IMG/VR virus record: IMGVR_UViG_3300047400_000324
Coordinates: 1 to 64,000 of that record
Length of the DNA: 64,000 nt
Source: a virus
Taxonomy: Duplodnaviria; Caudoviricetes
Strand: one strand, 5' to 3'
Part shown: positions 46,814 to 56,153 of the stretch, in pieces
Position numbering within the stretch: position 1 is the first letter of the stretch
How the letters are laid out: each line of letters opens with the position of its first letter
The notes under the pieces: model-generated
Told to the model about the DNA's origin: nothing
The model's database searches: none
Seen by the model: only the letters and a program-made list of their open reading frames with translations
Translations under genes and position numbers: made by a program

Positions 46814-49339
46814 CTATCCAAAGAAAGATTCTAATGTATTTGTTTTTTCTAAACTCCAATCTATAACTTCTACTATAGATTGAATTGGATCTACAAATGC
46901 TTTTTGAAATTGCAATTCTTTGTTTATACAATGGTCTAAATTGAATTCTGTCGGCAGAGAATCCAATATAGTTATAACGTTTTCACGCAATGGATTTGGC
47001 ATTGACAGATATGCAAATTTAACTTTATCGCCGTCGCCAATCATTTGATATTGATTATGTAAATTTTTCTTATCAATCATGTTATTGTATAATAGAGCAC
47101 CGCGAACATGAATTGGTGTGCCTTTGGCATATATATTATGTTTGTCTTTATATTTATTCATACCTTTCATACCACGAGGAAAGGCTATATCCAAAAAAGA
47201 CATTTTCATAAATTCTGTTTTAAAATCTGCTATATATTTTTGAAACGTTTCTTCATCTTCGTTCATAATTATTTTAAGCGATTTTTTAATTGCGTCTCTG
47301 CACGATTTTGGTGTAGAAGACCTAACCGCTTCAATACCCATGATTTTCAATTGTGGTTCTGAAAATCTTACTCCTTCGATATCCAAGGCGTTTAGAATAT
47401 ACATCTTTCTTGCTTTCCAAATGCCTTTATTCGCTATAGTTTCACGTTTCATGAACATCTTTTGCTGATAAGCATGCATATATTCAGATAAATCTGTATA
47501 AGACCGATTTATCATATTTTGAATTTTTGTGCTGCAAAATTTATCAAGGCAATCGACGATATTGGATATATTTGTTTTATCGTTTGCATCGATGCCAAGA
47601 CGTTTAACCAATGGTTCCATATTGATATAAACAGAATCTGTATCGGATGCAATAACATAATCCAAATCTTTTGTTTTCAAAAGATCGTTGAAATATCGAT
47701 TGAATTCTTTTTCAATCCAACGAATTGACAATTGACCAGACATAGTTATAGCTTCAGCCAAATCAAAGTCGAACCATCGAAAATATTCATTTGCCAACGC
47801 GCCGTATGCCGAATTCAATTGTATCTTTTTTGCTAATTGAAGATTGTGATATTTTGCAATATCGTTTGAAACTAGGCGTCTTTGTTCGATTTCTTCCTCT
47901 GGAATTGTTTCAAGTTTTTTCTTAACATCAAGCATTTTCTGTTTATAAACAGATCGATCATTATAAAATTTTTCCATCAATGCTGGAAGAAAACCTTGTT
48001 TTTCTCTGTTGAAAATTACACCGTTTGCAGCGCGTATCAGTCCATCGTTTTCTATTTCAAATCTTTTTTCCAAAAGAGAATCGATTGATGGAAAAGTTTC
48101 TGAACGACTTATTTTCGTTTCCGGCGATATATTATATTGCATGATCAAATGTGGATAGAGAGAGGTCAAATCAAAAGAAACTACCCAATTTGTCAATCCA
48201 ACTTTTACATCTTTCACATATCCACCAACAAGTGAATTATTGAAATTTTTCTTTTTGAATTGAGGAATAACAATACATCTATCCAACAAGAAATTGTGTA
48301 TAATCACATCCCAAGGTCTAACAGTTGTCATTGTATCGTTATAATTTACTTTTGCATCATATGCAAAAACAATTACTTGTTCGATAAATTTTAGTTTTTG
48401 TTCAAGCATATCGATAAGTGTAACGTCATGGATGTTATAATCAATAAACAAATCATGATTTTTCTTATAAAGATCATCGAGCGATTTATAACCAGAAGAA
48501 GAATAATCTACTTTCTTTTCTCCAAGTTCTTTTTCAGCAATCGCATCCAATTTATAAGATTCTTGTTGTTCGAATTTGAATTTTTTATAAAGATGCAAAT
48601 AATCTAAAATATTGATACCTGCTGGAATAAAAGTTTGACAATCTTTGTCGTGTATATTGACAGTTCTTTCTTCCAAGAATCCCCATGGAGACAATTTGTT
48701 TGCTTCATGATTTCCAAGAACATTACGAATTCTGTTGACAATATAAGGCAAATCGAAAAATTCGATATTCCAACCTGTCAATATATCTGGCATGTATCTG
48801 CCAGATTGCCATATTTTAATAAAATTATTGAGAAGATGCCATTCATCTGCACATTTTATATAATTCACTTTATCCGATTTTACTGTATATTCTCCCATGC
48901 CAAGAACCACTTTCTCGCCTTTGCGAGACATAGTAATAGCAGTAATTTCTTTATCGGCTTTTTCTATATCGGGAAAACCATCGTCCGATCTAGTTTCAAT
49001 ATCCAATGAAATAACATTGATTCTATCGACATCATAATTCATTTCCGGAAATTTATCTCTAATATAAACATAATGAAATAAATTGAATCCAAAGATTTCA
49101 ACATTCGATACATCGCTGTATTGTTTGATAAAATCTTTAGCTTCATGAATGTTATCGAAATCTATTTTATCTACTGGGTATCCATCGAGAGTTCGATAAC
49201 GTGTATCCGTTTTACCGGTAGATTTTATAAAAAGATATGGCTTATAATCTACGGTTTCATTCACTCTTCTACCATCTTTATAACCACGATAGTATATTTT
49301 ATTTCCACGCGTAAAAACGTTTGTATAAAATTCAGACAT
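46814..49339 (-). CDS. gp43: Family B DNA polymerase gp43
   Basis: DIET, GWN..FFD, SFDLTSLYP, K...NSAYG, DTDS. Confidence 0.98.
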   Translation of the reverse strand: MSEFYTNVFTRGNKIYYRGYKDGRRVNETVDYKPYLFIKSTGKTDTRYRTLDGYPVDKIDFDNIHEAKDFIKQYSDVSNVEIFGFNLFHYVYIRDKFPEMNYDVDRINVISLDIETRSDDGFPDIEKADKEITAITMSRKGEKVVLGMGEYTVKSDKVNYIKCADEWHLLNNFIKIWQSGRYMPDILTGWNIEFFDLPYIVNRIRNVLGNHEANKLSPWGFLEERTVNIHDKDCQTFIPAGINILDYLHLYKKFKFEQQESYKLDAIAEKELGEKKVDYSSSGYKSLDDLYKKNHDLFIDYNIHDVTLIDMLEQKLKFIEQVIVFAYDAKVNYNDTMTTVRPWDVIIHNFLLDRCIVIPQFKKKNFNNSLVGGYVKDVKVGLTNWVVSFDLTSLYPHLIMQYNISPETKISRSETFPSIDSLLEKRFEIENDGLIRAANGVIFNREKQGFLPALMEKFYNDRSVYKQKMLDVKKKLETIPEEEIEQRRLVSNDIAKYHNLQLAKKIQLNSAYGALANEYFRWFDFDLAEAITMSGQLSIRWIEKEFNRYFNDLLKTKDLDYVIASDTDSVYINMEPLVKRLGIDANDKTNISNIVDCLDKFCSTKIQNMINRSYTDLSEYMHAYQQKMFMKRETIANKGIWKARKMYILNALDIEGVRFSEPQLKIMGIEAVRSSTPKSCRDAIKKSLKIIMNEDEETFQKYIADFKTEFMKMSFLDIAFPRGMKGMNKYKDKHNIYAKGTPIHVRGALLYNNMIDKKNLHNQYQMIGDGDKVKFAYLSMPNPLRENVITILDSLPTEFNLDHCINKELQFQKAFVDPIQSIVEVIDWSLEKTNTLESFFG

Positions 49340-49393
49340 TCAAAATACCCTCAAATATACATATACAATATCATAAGGTATTAAAAATGTCAA

Positions 49394-50008
49394 CTATTGA
49401 AATATCACCAAACCGTTGTGATAAAGTTCTTCTCTTTCCGTCAATCCAAGCGTGCCACCATTGATTTTCTTAGTAACAGTAATAACATCGTCTAAATCCG
49501 AAGGTTCGTTCAAATTGTGTTCATTCCAAAACCAACCAGCACTATGAATAGACCCGGCAACAGTTCCCATATATTCTACTGCCTCTTCTAAACTCAGATC
49601 ATTGTCCTTTGCAAATTTGGTATAATTGCTTCTTCCCGTCAGTTGTATAAATCCTCTACCACGGAAATTATATCCATCGCCGCTGGATTCCGGACCATTT
49701 CCCATACGATTTGCATAAACTCTATTTGCAATTTTTTGTGGATTATGCGCGTATTCATGCACATCTACACCACGAAAATGTGTCGGAAAAATAACTGCAA
49801 GCCTTTCTGGACGATAATTCAAATTTTCTTCTTTGACTCTAAATCCACCAGATTCATGGCCACATTGTGCTATAAACATAGCAATACGATTGAGATTGTC
49901 TATATTGTATTCTTGCAAAGTCATGTTCAATGGATTCAAAAGTTCATCGATTGCGGTAATAGGCGTCGATGGAAACATACGTTGCATTTGTTCTTCTGTC
50001 ACAGGCAT
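49394..50008 (-). CDS. GH19 chitinase-like endolysin
   Basis: FIAQCGHESGGF, EENLNY, GDGYNFRGRGFIQLTG, INGG..GL. Confidence 0.92.
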   Translation of the reverse strand: MPVTEEQMQRMFPSTPITAIDELLNPLNMTLQEYNIDNLNRIAMFIAQCGHESGGFRVKEENLNYRPERLAVIFPTHFRGVDVHEYAHNPQKIANRVYANRMGNGPESSGDGYNFRGRGFIQLTGRSNYTKFAKDNDLSLEEAVEYMGTVAGSIHSAGWFWNEHNLNEPSDLDDVITVTKKINGGTLGLTEREELYHNGLVIFQ

Positions 50009-50025
50009 AATAAATCTCCTATTAT

Positions 50026-50059
50026 AAAAAGGGGATTGAAACAATTTCAATCCCTTTTT
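50026..50059. terminator. Bidirectional intrinsic terminator-like hairpin
   Basis: GGGATTGAAA/TTTCAATCCC flanked by A-run and T-run. Confidence 0.75.
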
Positions 50060-50071
50060 ATTTATTTCATA

Positions 50072-50236
50072 TCAATATTTCGGAAAAAAACCTTTACTCA
50101 AAGCAAGAACATCGCATCTATTGATGCCCATATCCTTCAAATCATGGCCGGACATATTGGCCAATTGAGCCAATTCTTTCATATTTTTAAAATACGATCG
50201 AATTTCCTTTATAGTATCAAAAATTTGTGTAAACAT
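50072..50236 (-). CDS. DUF1127 (YjiS-like) small protein, 54 aa, absent from ORF track
   Basis: ELAQL..MSGHDLKDMGINRCDV fits L..L.D..L.DIG..R.D; TAATG overlap with hsp20 stop. Confidence 0.7.
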   Translation of the reverse strand: MFTQIFDTIKEIRSYFKNMKELAQLANMSGHDLKDMGINRCDVLALSKGFFPKY

Positions 50237-50730
50237 TAAATCTTCTCCGATGTAGTCTCTGAGGTTTGCTTTTTGTCTGTAATTTCAATCTTTTTTGGTT
50301 TCTTATCTTCTGGAATAATATGATCCAACCAAATCTTCAAGATTCCATTCAGCATTTCAGCATTGTCAATCACGACATTATCGGCAAGAGTAAATTGTCG
50401 AGTAAATGCACGGTTTGCAATTCCCATATGAAGATACTTATCTGCATCTTCCTTTGTATCGGCAGTTGCATTTCCCTTAATAAAAAGTTTCTTATCTTCT
50501 AGTGTAATTTCAATATCTTGTTTGCTAAAACCAGCAACAGCCATTTCAATTACATACTTATTATCCGATGTTTTCTTCAGATTGAAAGGCGGATAAGTTG
50601 TTGTTGCTGTATTTGCTAGCCATTCGGCATTTTGTTTCAGTGTTTCAGCGATTCTGTCTGCACCAATAAAAAAACGATCAAAATTGGATGCATCGAACGT
50701 AAAAGTCTTCCAATAATTTGTGGAATTCAT
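50236..50730 (-). CDS. Small heat-shock protein Hsp20
   Basis: YPPFNL, IEMAVAGF, YLH.GIA.RAF.R.F.L, A...NGIL.I. Confidence 0.94.
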   Translation of the reverse strand: MNSTNYWKTFTFDASNFDRFFIGADRIAETLKQNAEWLANTATTTYPPFNLKKTSDNKYVIEMAVAGFSKQDIEITLEDKKLFIKGNATADTKEDADKYLHMGIANRAFTRQFTLADNVVIDNAEMLNGILKIWLDHIIPEDKKPKKIEITDKKQTSETTSEKI

Positions 50731-50836
50731 GTTATTTCTCCTTGTTAAGCGAGATTGAAAAAATATCCAAAACCCATTAGGCATTTTGGATATACTATAT
50801 ATAATATAAACCAGTCAAAATGTCAATAAAAAGGTA

Positions 50837-51037
50837 TCAATGATATTTTTTATTCAATCTTTCTTCGGAAGTAACCGATAGTTCCCTTGTATATTGATTA
50901 TAAATATATACTGGTGTAATCAATGCTTCTGAATAAATTTTGCCCTCGTCCAAAGCCTGTTGAAATATATTGTTGTTTTCATCGGCATTGAGCATAGCAT
51001 AATTTTTTATTACATATTCTGGTACTATTGCAAACAT
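50837..51037 (-). CDS. Hypothetical protein
   Basis: Small ORF with SD GAGG. Confidence 0.55.
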   Translation of the reverse strand: MFAIVPEYVIKNYAMLNADENNNIFQQALDEGKIYSEALITPVYIYNQYTRELSVTSEERLNKKYH

Positions 51038-51065
51038 TATTACCTCTTATAATTGGAAGAAAAAA

Positions 51066-51425
51066 ATGTTGGGGTTATTTGGAATAAATAAATTTACGAT
51101 GTTTTTAATAGCTTTTGTATTTATCTCATCCGTGTATTATATATGGAAAAAGAATATAGAACATGCTGCTTTGATAGAATTCAATAACGCACAAATGCAG
51201 CAAACGCTCAAAGATCAAGAAAAATATATACAAGATCAAAAAAGATTGGCTGATCAGACAATTGAAGCGGTAAATCAAATACAAGCAAACAATGCTAAAT
51301 TGCAAACAAAAATAGGCAATTTAAATAATATTATAAACACCAGTCAAAATCAATCTTCTTCGACGATTCTCAAACAAACTTTTGAAAAATTGACAGAAAT
51401 ACAACAAGAAGAAAACAAAAAATGA
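51066..51425 (+). CDS. Inner-membrane spanin (Rz-like)
   Basis: N-terminal TM plus coiled coil; overlaps lipoprotein gene. Confidence 0.75.
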   Translation: MLGLFGINKFTMFLIAFVFISSVYYIWKKNIEHAALIEFNNAQMQQTLKDQEKYIQDQKRLADQTIEAVNQIQANNAKLQTKIGNLNNIINTSQNQSSSTILKQTFEKLTEIQQEENKK

Positions 51426-51736
51426 AACATATTTTTATCATTTATGCTTTTACCATTTTAATGTTACTTTTAGCTGGATGTTCTTCAGAAAATGAAATGA
51501 TAATATCCCACAAATATACAGTTGTTATGCCTGATGATAGGCTTTTCAATTGCAATTCTCCAGATATTTTACCAAATTCAAAAACACTTACAGATGCAGA
51601 TGTAGCAAAAACTGTTGTAAAACTTTATCAAAACAATGTTCAATGCAAAAGAAGCATCGATTCGATAAAAAAATTTCTAGAAGATTCTAAGAAAAATATA
51701 GAAGCAGAAGAGTCAAAGGACAATCAACGCCAATAA
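51422..51736 (+). CDS. Outer-membrane spanin lipoprotein (Rz1-like)
   Basis: Signal peptide with lipobox LAGC; P..L...C..P. Confidence 0.78.
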   Translation: MKHIFIIYAFTILMLLLAGCSSENEMIISHKYTVVMPDDRLFNCNSPDILPNSKTLTDADVAKTVVKLYQNNVQCKRSIDSIKKFLEDSKKNIEAEESKDNQRQ

Positions 51737-51906
51737 TGGCGATAAATTGGTCTAGTATATACTACAATTGGAGGTGGTGCATATACAGGAGGAGATACAT
51801 ATACTCCAGATGCATAATATGGTGAATATACAGGTGTTTGTACTGCACATCCACTACATACAATAAGCACACCAAAAAATACAATCAAATTAACGATAAA
51901 TTTCAT
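51724..51906 (-). CDS. Small proline-rich lipoprotein
   Basis: Hydrophobic leader, CSGC lipobox, YVSPPVYAPPP. Confidence 0.6.
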   Translation of the reverse strand: MKFIVNLIVFFGVLIVCSGCAVQTPVYSPYYASGVYVSPPVYAPPPIVVYTRPIYRHYWR

Positions 51907-52102
51907 TTTTATTTTCCAAAAAATCGATTGTAGGAATACCAATTACAACATTGGTATTTGAAATCCTTTTAGAGAAAGTTACAGCATCTGTAATTGTAGG
52001 AAATATCTTTGTTTTTTCAATTGTATATCCATACATATTTGAACCTTTATTTTGGCAAAGTTCCTGATATGTGCATTTAACAGACATGATTTCAATCTCC
52101 AT
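51890..52102 (-). CDS. Hypothetical protein
   Basis: Co-oriented small ORF. Confidence 0.5.
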   Translation of the reverse strand: MEIEIMSVKCTYQELCQNKGSNMYGYTIEKTKIFPTITDAVTFSKRISNTNVVIGIPTIDFLENKNEIYR

Positions 52103-52116
52103 ACGATATTTATAAT

Positions 52117-52476
52117 TTATCGTCTCATTTGGGATATTTCAACCGCAGAATTTTGAGAAAATACTGGTACCATATTGCTTTTATGCATAATAGCAATACC
52201 CACCAAATTTTTACCTGTATATTTGTTTTCTGTTTTTTTCAATCCAGTGATTCCAACATTTTCAAAAGATCCTTCTAGAATCTTAGATACAGGTGTTGTG
52301 AAAAGAACTGTCGTGTTTTTGCATTTATTGTTTTTAGTTCTTTTTTTGATTTGTGAAATATGAACGCCATTCTGTTTAAGCCAATTCTCATGATCTTGCT
52401 TGGCTTTAATTTGTTTAGTAGAAAGCTTGGATCGGCAAGATCCATTTGTATTGAATTTATGGGAAAGAAGCTGCAT
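52117..52476 (-). CDS. Conserved T4-like hypothetical protein
   Basis: YTG..L.GIA.MHKSN.VPVF. Confidence 0.75.
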   Translation of the reverse strand: MQLLSHKFNTNGSCRSKLSTKQIKAKQDHENWLKQNGVHISQIKKRTKNNKCKNTTVLFTTPVSKILEGSFENVGITGLKKTENKYTGKNLVGIAIMHKSNMVPVFSQNSAVEISQMRR

Positions 52477-52529
52477 AACATAACTCCATTTATTTCACAA
52501 ATGCGAATATATCATATATTGAATATATG

Positions 52530-52709
52530 TCAATAACTATATTCGTATTCCATGGAATAAATGGATTTACGATGTTTTTGATTTCTCTTATAAAGAGTTT
52601 TATCACCAATGACCTTGCTTTTGAAGTTATTCTCTCGCGAGAACAATTCAACAGCCCTACGACGACGCTTTGGAGCAGAAGGCATATCGAATTTTACAAT
52701 GTTAGACAT
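52530..52709 (-). CDS. Small basic protein (59 aa, absent from ORF track)
   Basis: SD GAGG and sigma70-like promoter upstream; FKSKVIGDKTLYKRNQKH. Confidence 0.65.
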   Translation of the reverse strand: MSNIVKFDMPSAPKRRRRAVELFSRENNFKSKVIGDKTLYKRNQKHRKSIYSMEYEYSY

Positions 52710-52786
52710 TTTTGCGATTTCCTCTTCAATTTCAATATATATCTTATATCATCGTTTACAATGTTTGTCAACCTTTTTTGAAGAAT

Positions 52787-53140
52787 TTATCCGCGTTTTA
52801 AAATTTTTATCGATTGTCTTTCTGGTTTATAAAATTCTATAATTTTTGGCAAACTTGTTTCCGGATCCGAAACGCCACAATAAAATGCATCTATAGCTGC
52901 ATATCCTTCTTCTGGCCATGTATGAACGGATATATGGCTTTCGGACAATATAATAACTCCCGTATATCCACACCCATTTCCAAAATGATGCCAACGTTCT
53001 GTTATAATAGTAACACCAGAAAATTTTGCGGCTTCTTTTAAAGCCACCGCTGCCTCATCCATATTCCAATAAGGCAAAGAATTTTTTTCACCCCATATAT
53101 CGAGTATCAGATGTTTTCCTTGAGGAGGTACATTGTGCAT
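52787..53140 (-). CDS. speD: S-adenosylmethionine decarboxylase-like proenzyme, copy 2
   Basis: G.HLILD..G, G.TGVIILSESHISVHTWPE.GYAAID.F.CG. Confidence 0.92.
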   Translation of the reverse strand: MHNVPPQGKHLILDIWGEKNSLPYWNMDEAAVALKEAAKFSGVTIITERWHHFGNGCGYTGVIILSESHISVHTWPEEGYAAIDAFYCGVSDPETSLPKIIEFYKPERQSIKILKRG

Positions 53141-53174
53141 TTCATTTTAAATCCTTTTATATTAGTTTTTTTAT

Positions 53175-53411
53175 TTATGATTGATAATAGGATTCATATG
53201 ATACCGTTGTTCTTTTTATCAATCTACCACCACCATTGCATCTAAGACAATTGATTTGTGTTTCTTTTCTTTTATTTTCATTATAATCTACGGTAACATC
53301 GCGCATTTTATATCCAAATCCATGACAATTTGGACATATTACTATTTCTTTAATGTCATGGGAATTGAAATCTAATGTAGCCATATGTTTATTCAACATG
53401 GCATTCCTCAT
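53175..53411 (-). CDS. DnaJ-type zinc-finger small protein
   Basis: CPNCHGFG and CLRCNGGG. Confidence 0.75.
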   Translation of the reverse strand: MRNAMLNKHMATLDFNSHDIKEIVICPNCHGFGYKMRDVTVDYNENKRKETQINCLRCNGGGRLIKRTTVSYESYYQS

Positions 53412-53432
53412 TCATTGATTATTGATTGATTT

Positions 53433-53508
53433 TGGTGGACCAGCACGGTACTGCCCCGTGTCTTTCTGCGTGCAAAGCAGATGTGCTACCTTTTATCACT
53501 ACGGGCCC
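53433..53508 (-). tRNA. tRNA-Ala(TGC) with non-canonical T-loop GGCAGTA
   Basis: GGGCCCG/CTGGTCC-A-CCA with G3:U70; loop TTTGCAC. Confidence 0.85.
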
Positions 53509-53673
53509 AATTCCTTGATTCTGTCTAGAAAATATTGCAATACAATTTTATGCTCTCTATTTTCTTTCTTATTCATTTTTTTAACATTTTTTACATTCAA
53601 TTTATTTATCACTTCAAATTGAAATGCATTTTTCAAAAAAATGGATATAGAATCAGTCATATGATATCAATTT

Positions 53674-54093
53674 CTATCGAATTTCTTCTGACAATTCTTT
53701 ATAACCAGCCCAAGAAGGGTGAATTCTATCGTTCTGCAACTTATGCGTAGTAATAAGCTTATCGCCAAAATTACCAGCAATAGTTTGTACAATATAATTG
53801 ATATCTGGTTTGCAAAACTTTTCATTGCAGGGAGGCATAATCCAAAATACTCGATCTGCCTTTACGGCAGACCTCATTTTCATCAATTCATCGTATGTTT
53901 TAATGCCTTTATAGTCATTTGTTCCCAAACTGATAACAACAGTATGTGCTGTAAGATCCTTATGTTCCCGATCGATGAATTTTTGATTCCATTGCCATGT
54001 AGTCCATCCACTCTTTGCATATTCTACGCATTCGGTTTTAACACTATGAGTTCCTACAGCAATACTATCGCCCAAAATAATACAGTCCAACAT
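53674..54093 (-). CDS. SGNH/GDSL hydrolase-like protein
   Basis: ILGDSIAVG, LGTND, D.IHP. Confidence 0.85.
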   Translation of the reverse strand: MLDCIILGDSIAVGTHSVKTECVEYAKSGWTTWQWNQKFIDREHKDLTAHTVVISLGTNDYKGIKTYDELMKMRSAVKADRVFWIMPPCNEKFCKPDINYIVQTIAGNFGDKLITTHKLQNDRIHPSWAGYKELSEEIR

Positions 54094-54095
54094 TT

Positions 54096-54404
54096 TTATT
54101 CCTCCGTTTTGGTATAAATGTATGTAACATCGGATCCATATGATGGAACCAACATCAGTTTTTCCGGCATACCATTTTGATCTTTATTGCCAATATAACC
54201 AGTGATAAAAATAGTATCTGGAAATTTGTCAGGTGTAAGTTGCCGAAGGATTTTTGCTTGATCGTCGCATTTCATCTTAAGACGTTCTATTTCTTTTACA
54301 GCATTTGTTATAAGTTTAGTAAAAGCGTTTGGAAGACCACGAACCGATGCCGCTAAAATAATTTCATGCAATTCATCGATGATATTATTGGTATTTTGCG
54401 TCAT
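54096..54404 (-). CDS. Hypothetical protein
   Basis: Co-oriented ORF. Confidence 0.6.
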   Translation of the reverse strand: MTQNTNNIIDELHEIILAASVRGLPNAFTKLITNAVKEIERLKMKCDDQAKILRQLTPDKFPDTIFITGYIGNKDQNGMPEKLMLVPSYGSDVTYIYTKTEE

Positions 54405-54452
54405 ATCATAGTAGCTTTCACTGAATTATTAAAAGGCAACAAACAAAAATAA

Positions 54453-54529
54453 TGGTGGAAGCGGTCCGATTCGAACGGACGATAAATCGGTTATGAGCCG
54501 ACGGCCTTAAACCACTTGGCGACGCTTCC
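54453..54529 (-). tRNA. tRNA with CAT anticodon (elongator Met or Ile2)
   Basis: GGAAGCG/CGCTTCC-A-CCA; loop CTCATAA; paired 1:72 argues against initiator. Confidence 0.9.
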
Positions 54530-54585
54530 ATTTATATTATGTCGATAATGTAACACGAAAATTTATTCATGTCAACTATTTTATT

Positions 54586-54660
54586 TGGTGCGAGATATAG
54601 GGTTTGAACCTATGACATTTTCGGTGTAAACGAAACGCTCTACCACTGAGCTAATCTCGC
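54586..54660 (-). tRNA. tRNA-Val(TAC)
   Basis: GCGAGAT/ATCTCGC-A-CCA; loop TTTACAC. Confidence 0.93.
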
Positions 54661-54670
54661 ATAAATTTAA

Positions 54671-54747
54671 TGGTCCGTGCGGCTGGATTTGAACCAGCGA
54701 CCCCATGGTCCCAAACCATGTATTCTACCAGACTGAACTACGCGCGG
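54671..54747 (-). tRNA. tRNA-Pro(TGG)
   Basis: Cloverleaf; loop TTTGGGA; CCA. Confidence 0.93.
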
Positions 54748-54753
54748 TAATTA

Positions 54754-54841
54754 TGGCGGAGAGACTGGGATTTGAACCCAGGGAACATTTCTGTTCGGAA
54801 GTTTTCAAGACTTCTAGTTTCAGCCACTCACTCACCTCTCC
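54754..54841 (-). tRNA. tRNA-Ser(TGA)
   Basis: Long variable arm; loop CTTGAAA; G-CCA. Confidence 0.93.
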
Positions 54842-54867
54842 TGAAAACAAAATGATTAATGTAGATA

Positions 54868-54943
54868 TGGCGCACCGTCAAGGAATCGAACCCTGCTATT
54901 CGGTTTTGGAGACCGATACATCGCCACTAAATGCTTACGGTAC
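54868..54943 (-). tRNA. tRNA-Trp(CCA)
   Basis: Loop CTCCAAA; G-CCA. Confidence 0.9.
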
Positions 54944-54945
54944 TA

Positions 54946-55034
54946 CGGAAATGAGAGGATTCGAACCTCCGGATCATATTTCTACGATCAACGGTTTAGC
55001 AAACCGCCACTTTAAACCACTCAGTCACATTTCC
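54946..55034 (-). tRNA. tRNA-Ser(GCT), CCA not encoded
   Basis: GGAAATG/CATTTCC-G; loop TTGCTAA; long variable arm. Confidence 0.9.
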
Positions 55035-55048
55035 AGTTTATTCGAATA

Positions 55049-55582
55049 TCAGAACCGATAGTTTACACCAGCACTAAACACGTGATCTTGCTTGATAGCA
55101 GAATTGCTACGATTCATTGGACGAATTTCACGATATCGGGCATCCAATTCAACAGATTCCGAAACGGCAATTCTAGTACCTGCGCCAACATCCCAAATAG
55201 CCCTTTCAGAATTTGTTGTGCGAATGGTCGAAAGCCCGTTGAATGAATAACCAGCGCCAGCCAAAACATAAGGTGTTACGACTGTATTGGGAATACGATA
55301 TTGTACAATTCCGTTTACCATGGCACGATAACCTTCACGATCAGACCGCCACACCTTGTCAATATCGGCCTCGGCTCGCAAATGCTTTCCAATTTGAAAT
55401 CCAGCATCTACACCAAAAACACGTTCATTGAAATTGCCGGTCGATGACCCAAGAGAACCACCAACATAAGCACCGGTTCGATCTAGATTTACAGAGGTTG
55501 GAAATGCTGTATCTGCTGCCATAGAGGCTGCTTGCAATCCAGCAATCATCATAACAGCCGCACTAATTGTCTTAAAATTCAT
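55049..55582 (-). CDS. Small outer-membrane beta-barrel protein (Omp25/RopB-like)
   Basis: Signal peptide, GAYVGGSLG, PYVLAGAGY, terminal AGVNYRF. Confidence 0.85.
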   Translation of the reverse strand: MNFKTISAAVMMIAGLQAASMAADTAFPTSVNLDRTGAYVGGSLGSSTGNFNERVFGVDAGFQIGKHLRAEADIDKVWRSDREGYRAMVNGIVQYRIPNTVVTPYVLAGAGYSFNGLSTIRTTNSERAIWDVGAGTRIAVSESVELDARYREIRPMNRSNSAIKQDHVFSAGVNYRF

Positions 55583-55687
55583 TTTTTACATCCTTTACAA
55601 TTATCAAAAAATAAGCATATTGGAAATGTGGTACAATAATTACCCTATGCTTTAAACCACGAATAGGAACCAATATGTTTATATGAG

Positions 55688-55695
55688 TATTTATA
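55688..55695 (-). promoter_or_regulatory. Late promoter upstream of OMP gene
   Basis: TATAAATA about 105 nt upstream of ATG 55582. Confidence 0.65.
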
Positions 55696-55727
55696 CACTA
55701 TAATGAATGGTTTGTCAACCACAAAAT

Positions 55728-56150
55728 TTATACCAATTCGATTTTATCTCTAACTACGTGCAATCTAACTTGTTTCGCATCGGCAATACGTTCTCCTCCA
55801 AAACGAAGATAATCTCGCCCTCCATCGACAAAAATGCCTTTATGAGTTCTATAGTCATGTCTATATCTACTATAGATAACTTCATCGTCTATCTGTATTC
55901 CAGAAAAATCTTCGATAGCACTTATTGCATCGGTGATCATAGAATCACCTTGATCAGATATATAAAATCCAAACCAATTCGAACCTTGGGGATGAGCCTG
56001 TTCGGTATAAAAAACAGCAACTGGAAAATTTACCCATCCACCATATTTGTTTTTCAAACAACTTTCAAAAACATATGTTGCATTCATTTTGTTTTCTATA
56101 ATTTTAATGCTTGCATCTTTGAGAAAAGACGATTCATTCAAAATTTTCAT
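55728..56150 (-). CDS. Conserved hypothetical protein
   Basis: YSRYRHDY......VDGGRDYLR. Confidence 0.7.
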   Translation of the reverse strand: MKILNESSFLKDASIKIIENKMNATYVFESCLKNKYGGWVNFPVAVFYTEQAHPQGSNWFGFYISDQGDSMITDAISAIEDFSGIQIDDEVIYSRYRHDYRTHKGIFVDGGRDYLRFGGERIADAKQVRLHVVRDKIELV

Positions 56151-56153
56151 AGT

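Noticed and set aside
53433-53508. tmRNA gene
   Set aside because: Full cloverleaf with Ala anticodon and no tag reading frame or partner piece
54705-55061. 118-aa ORF (and 58029-58301)
   Set aside because: Antisense shadows of tRNA genes
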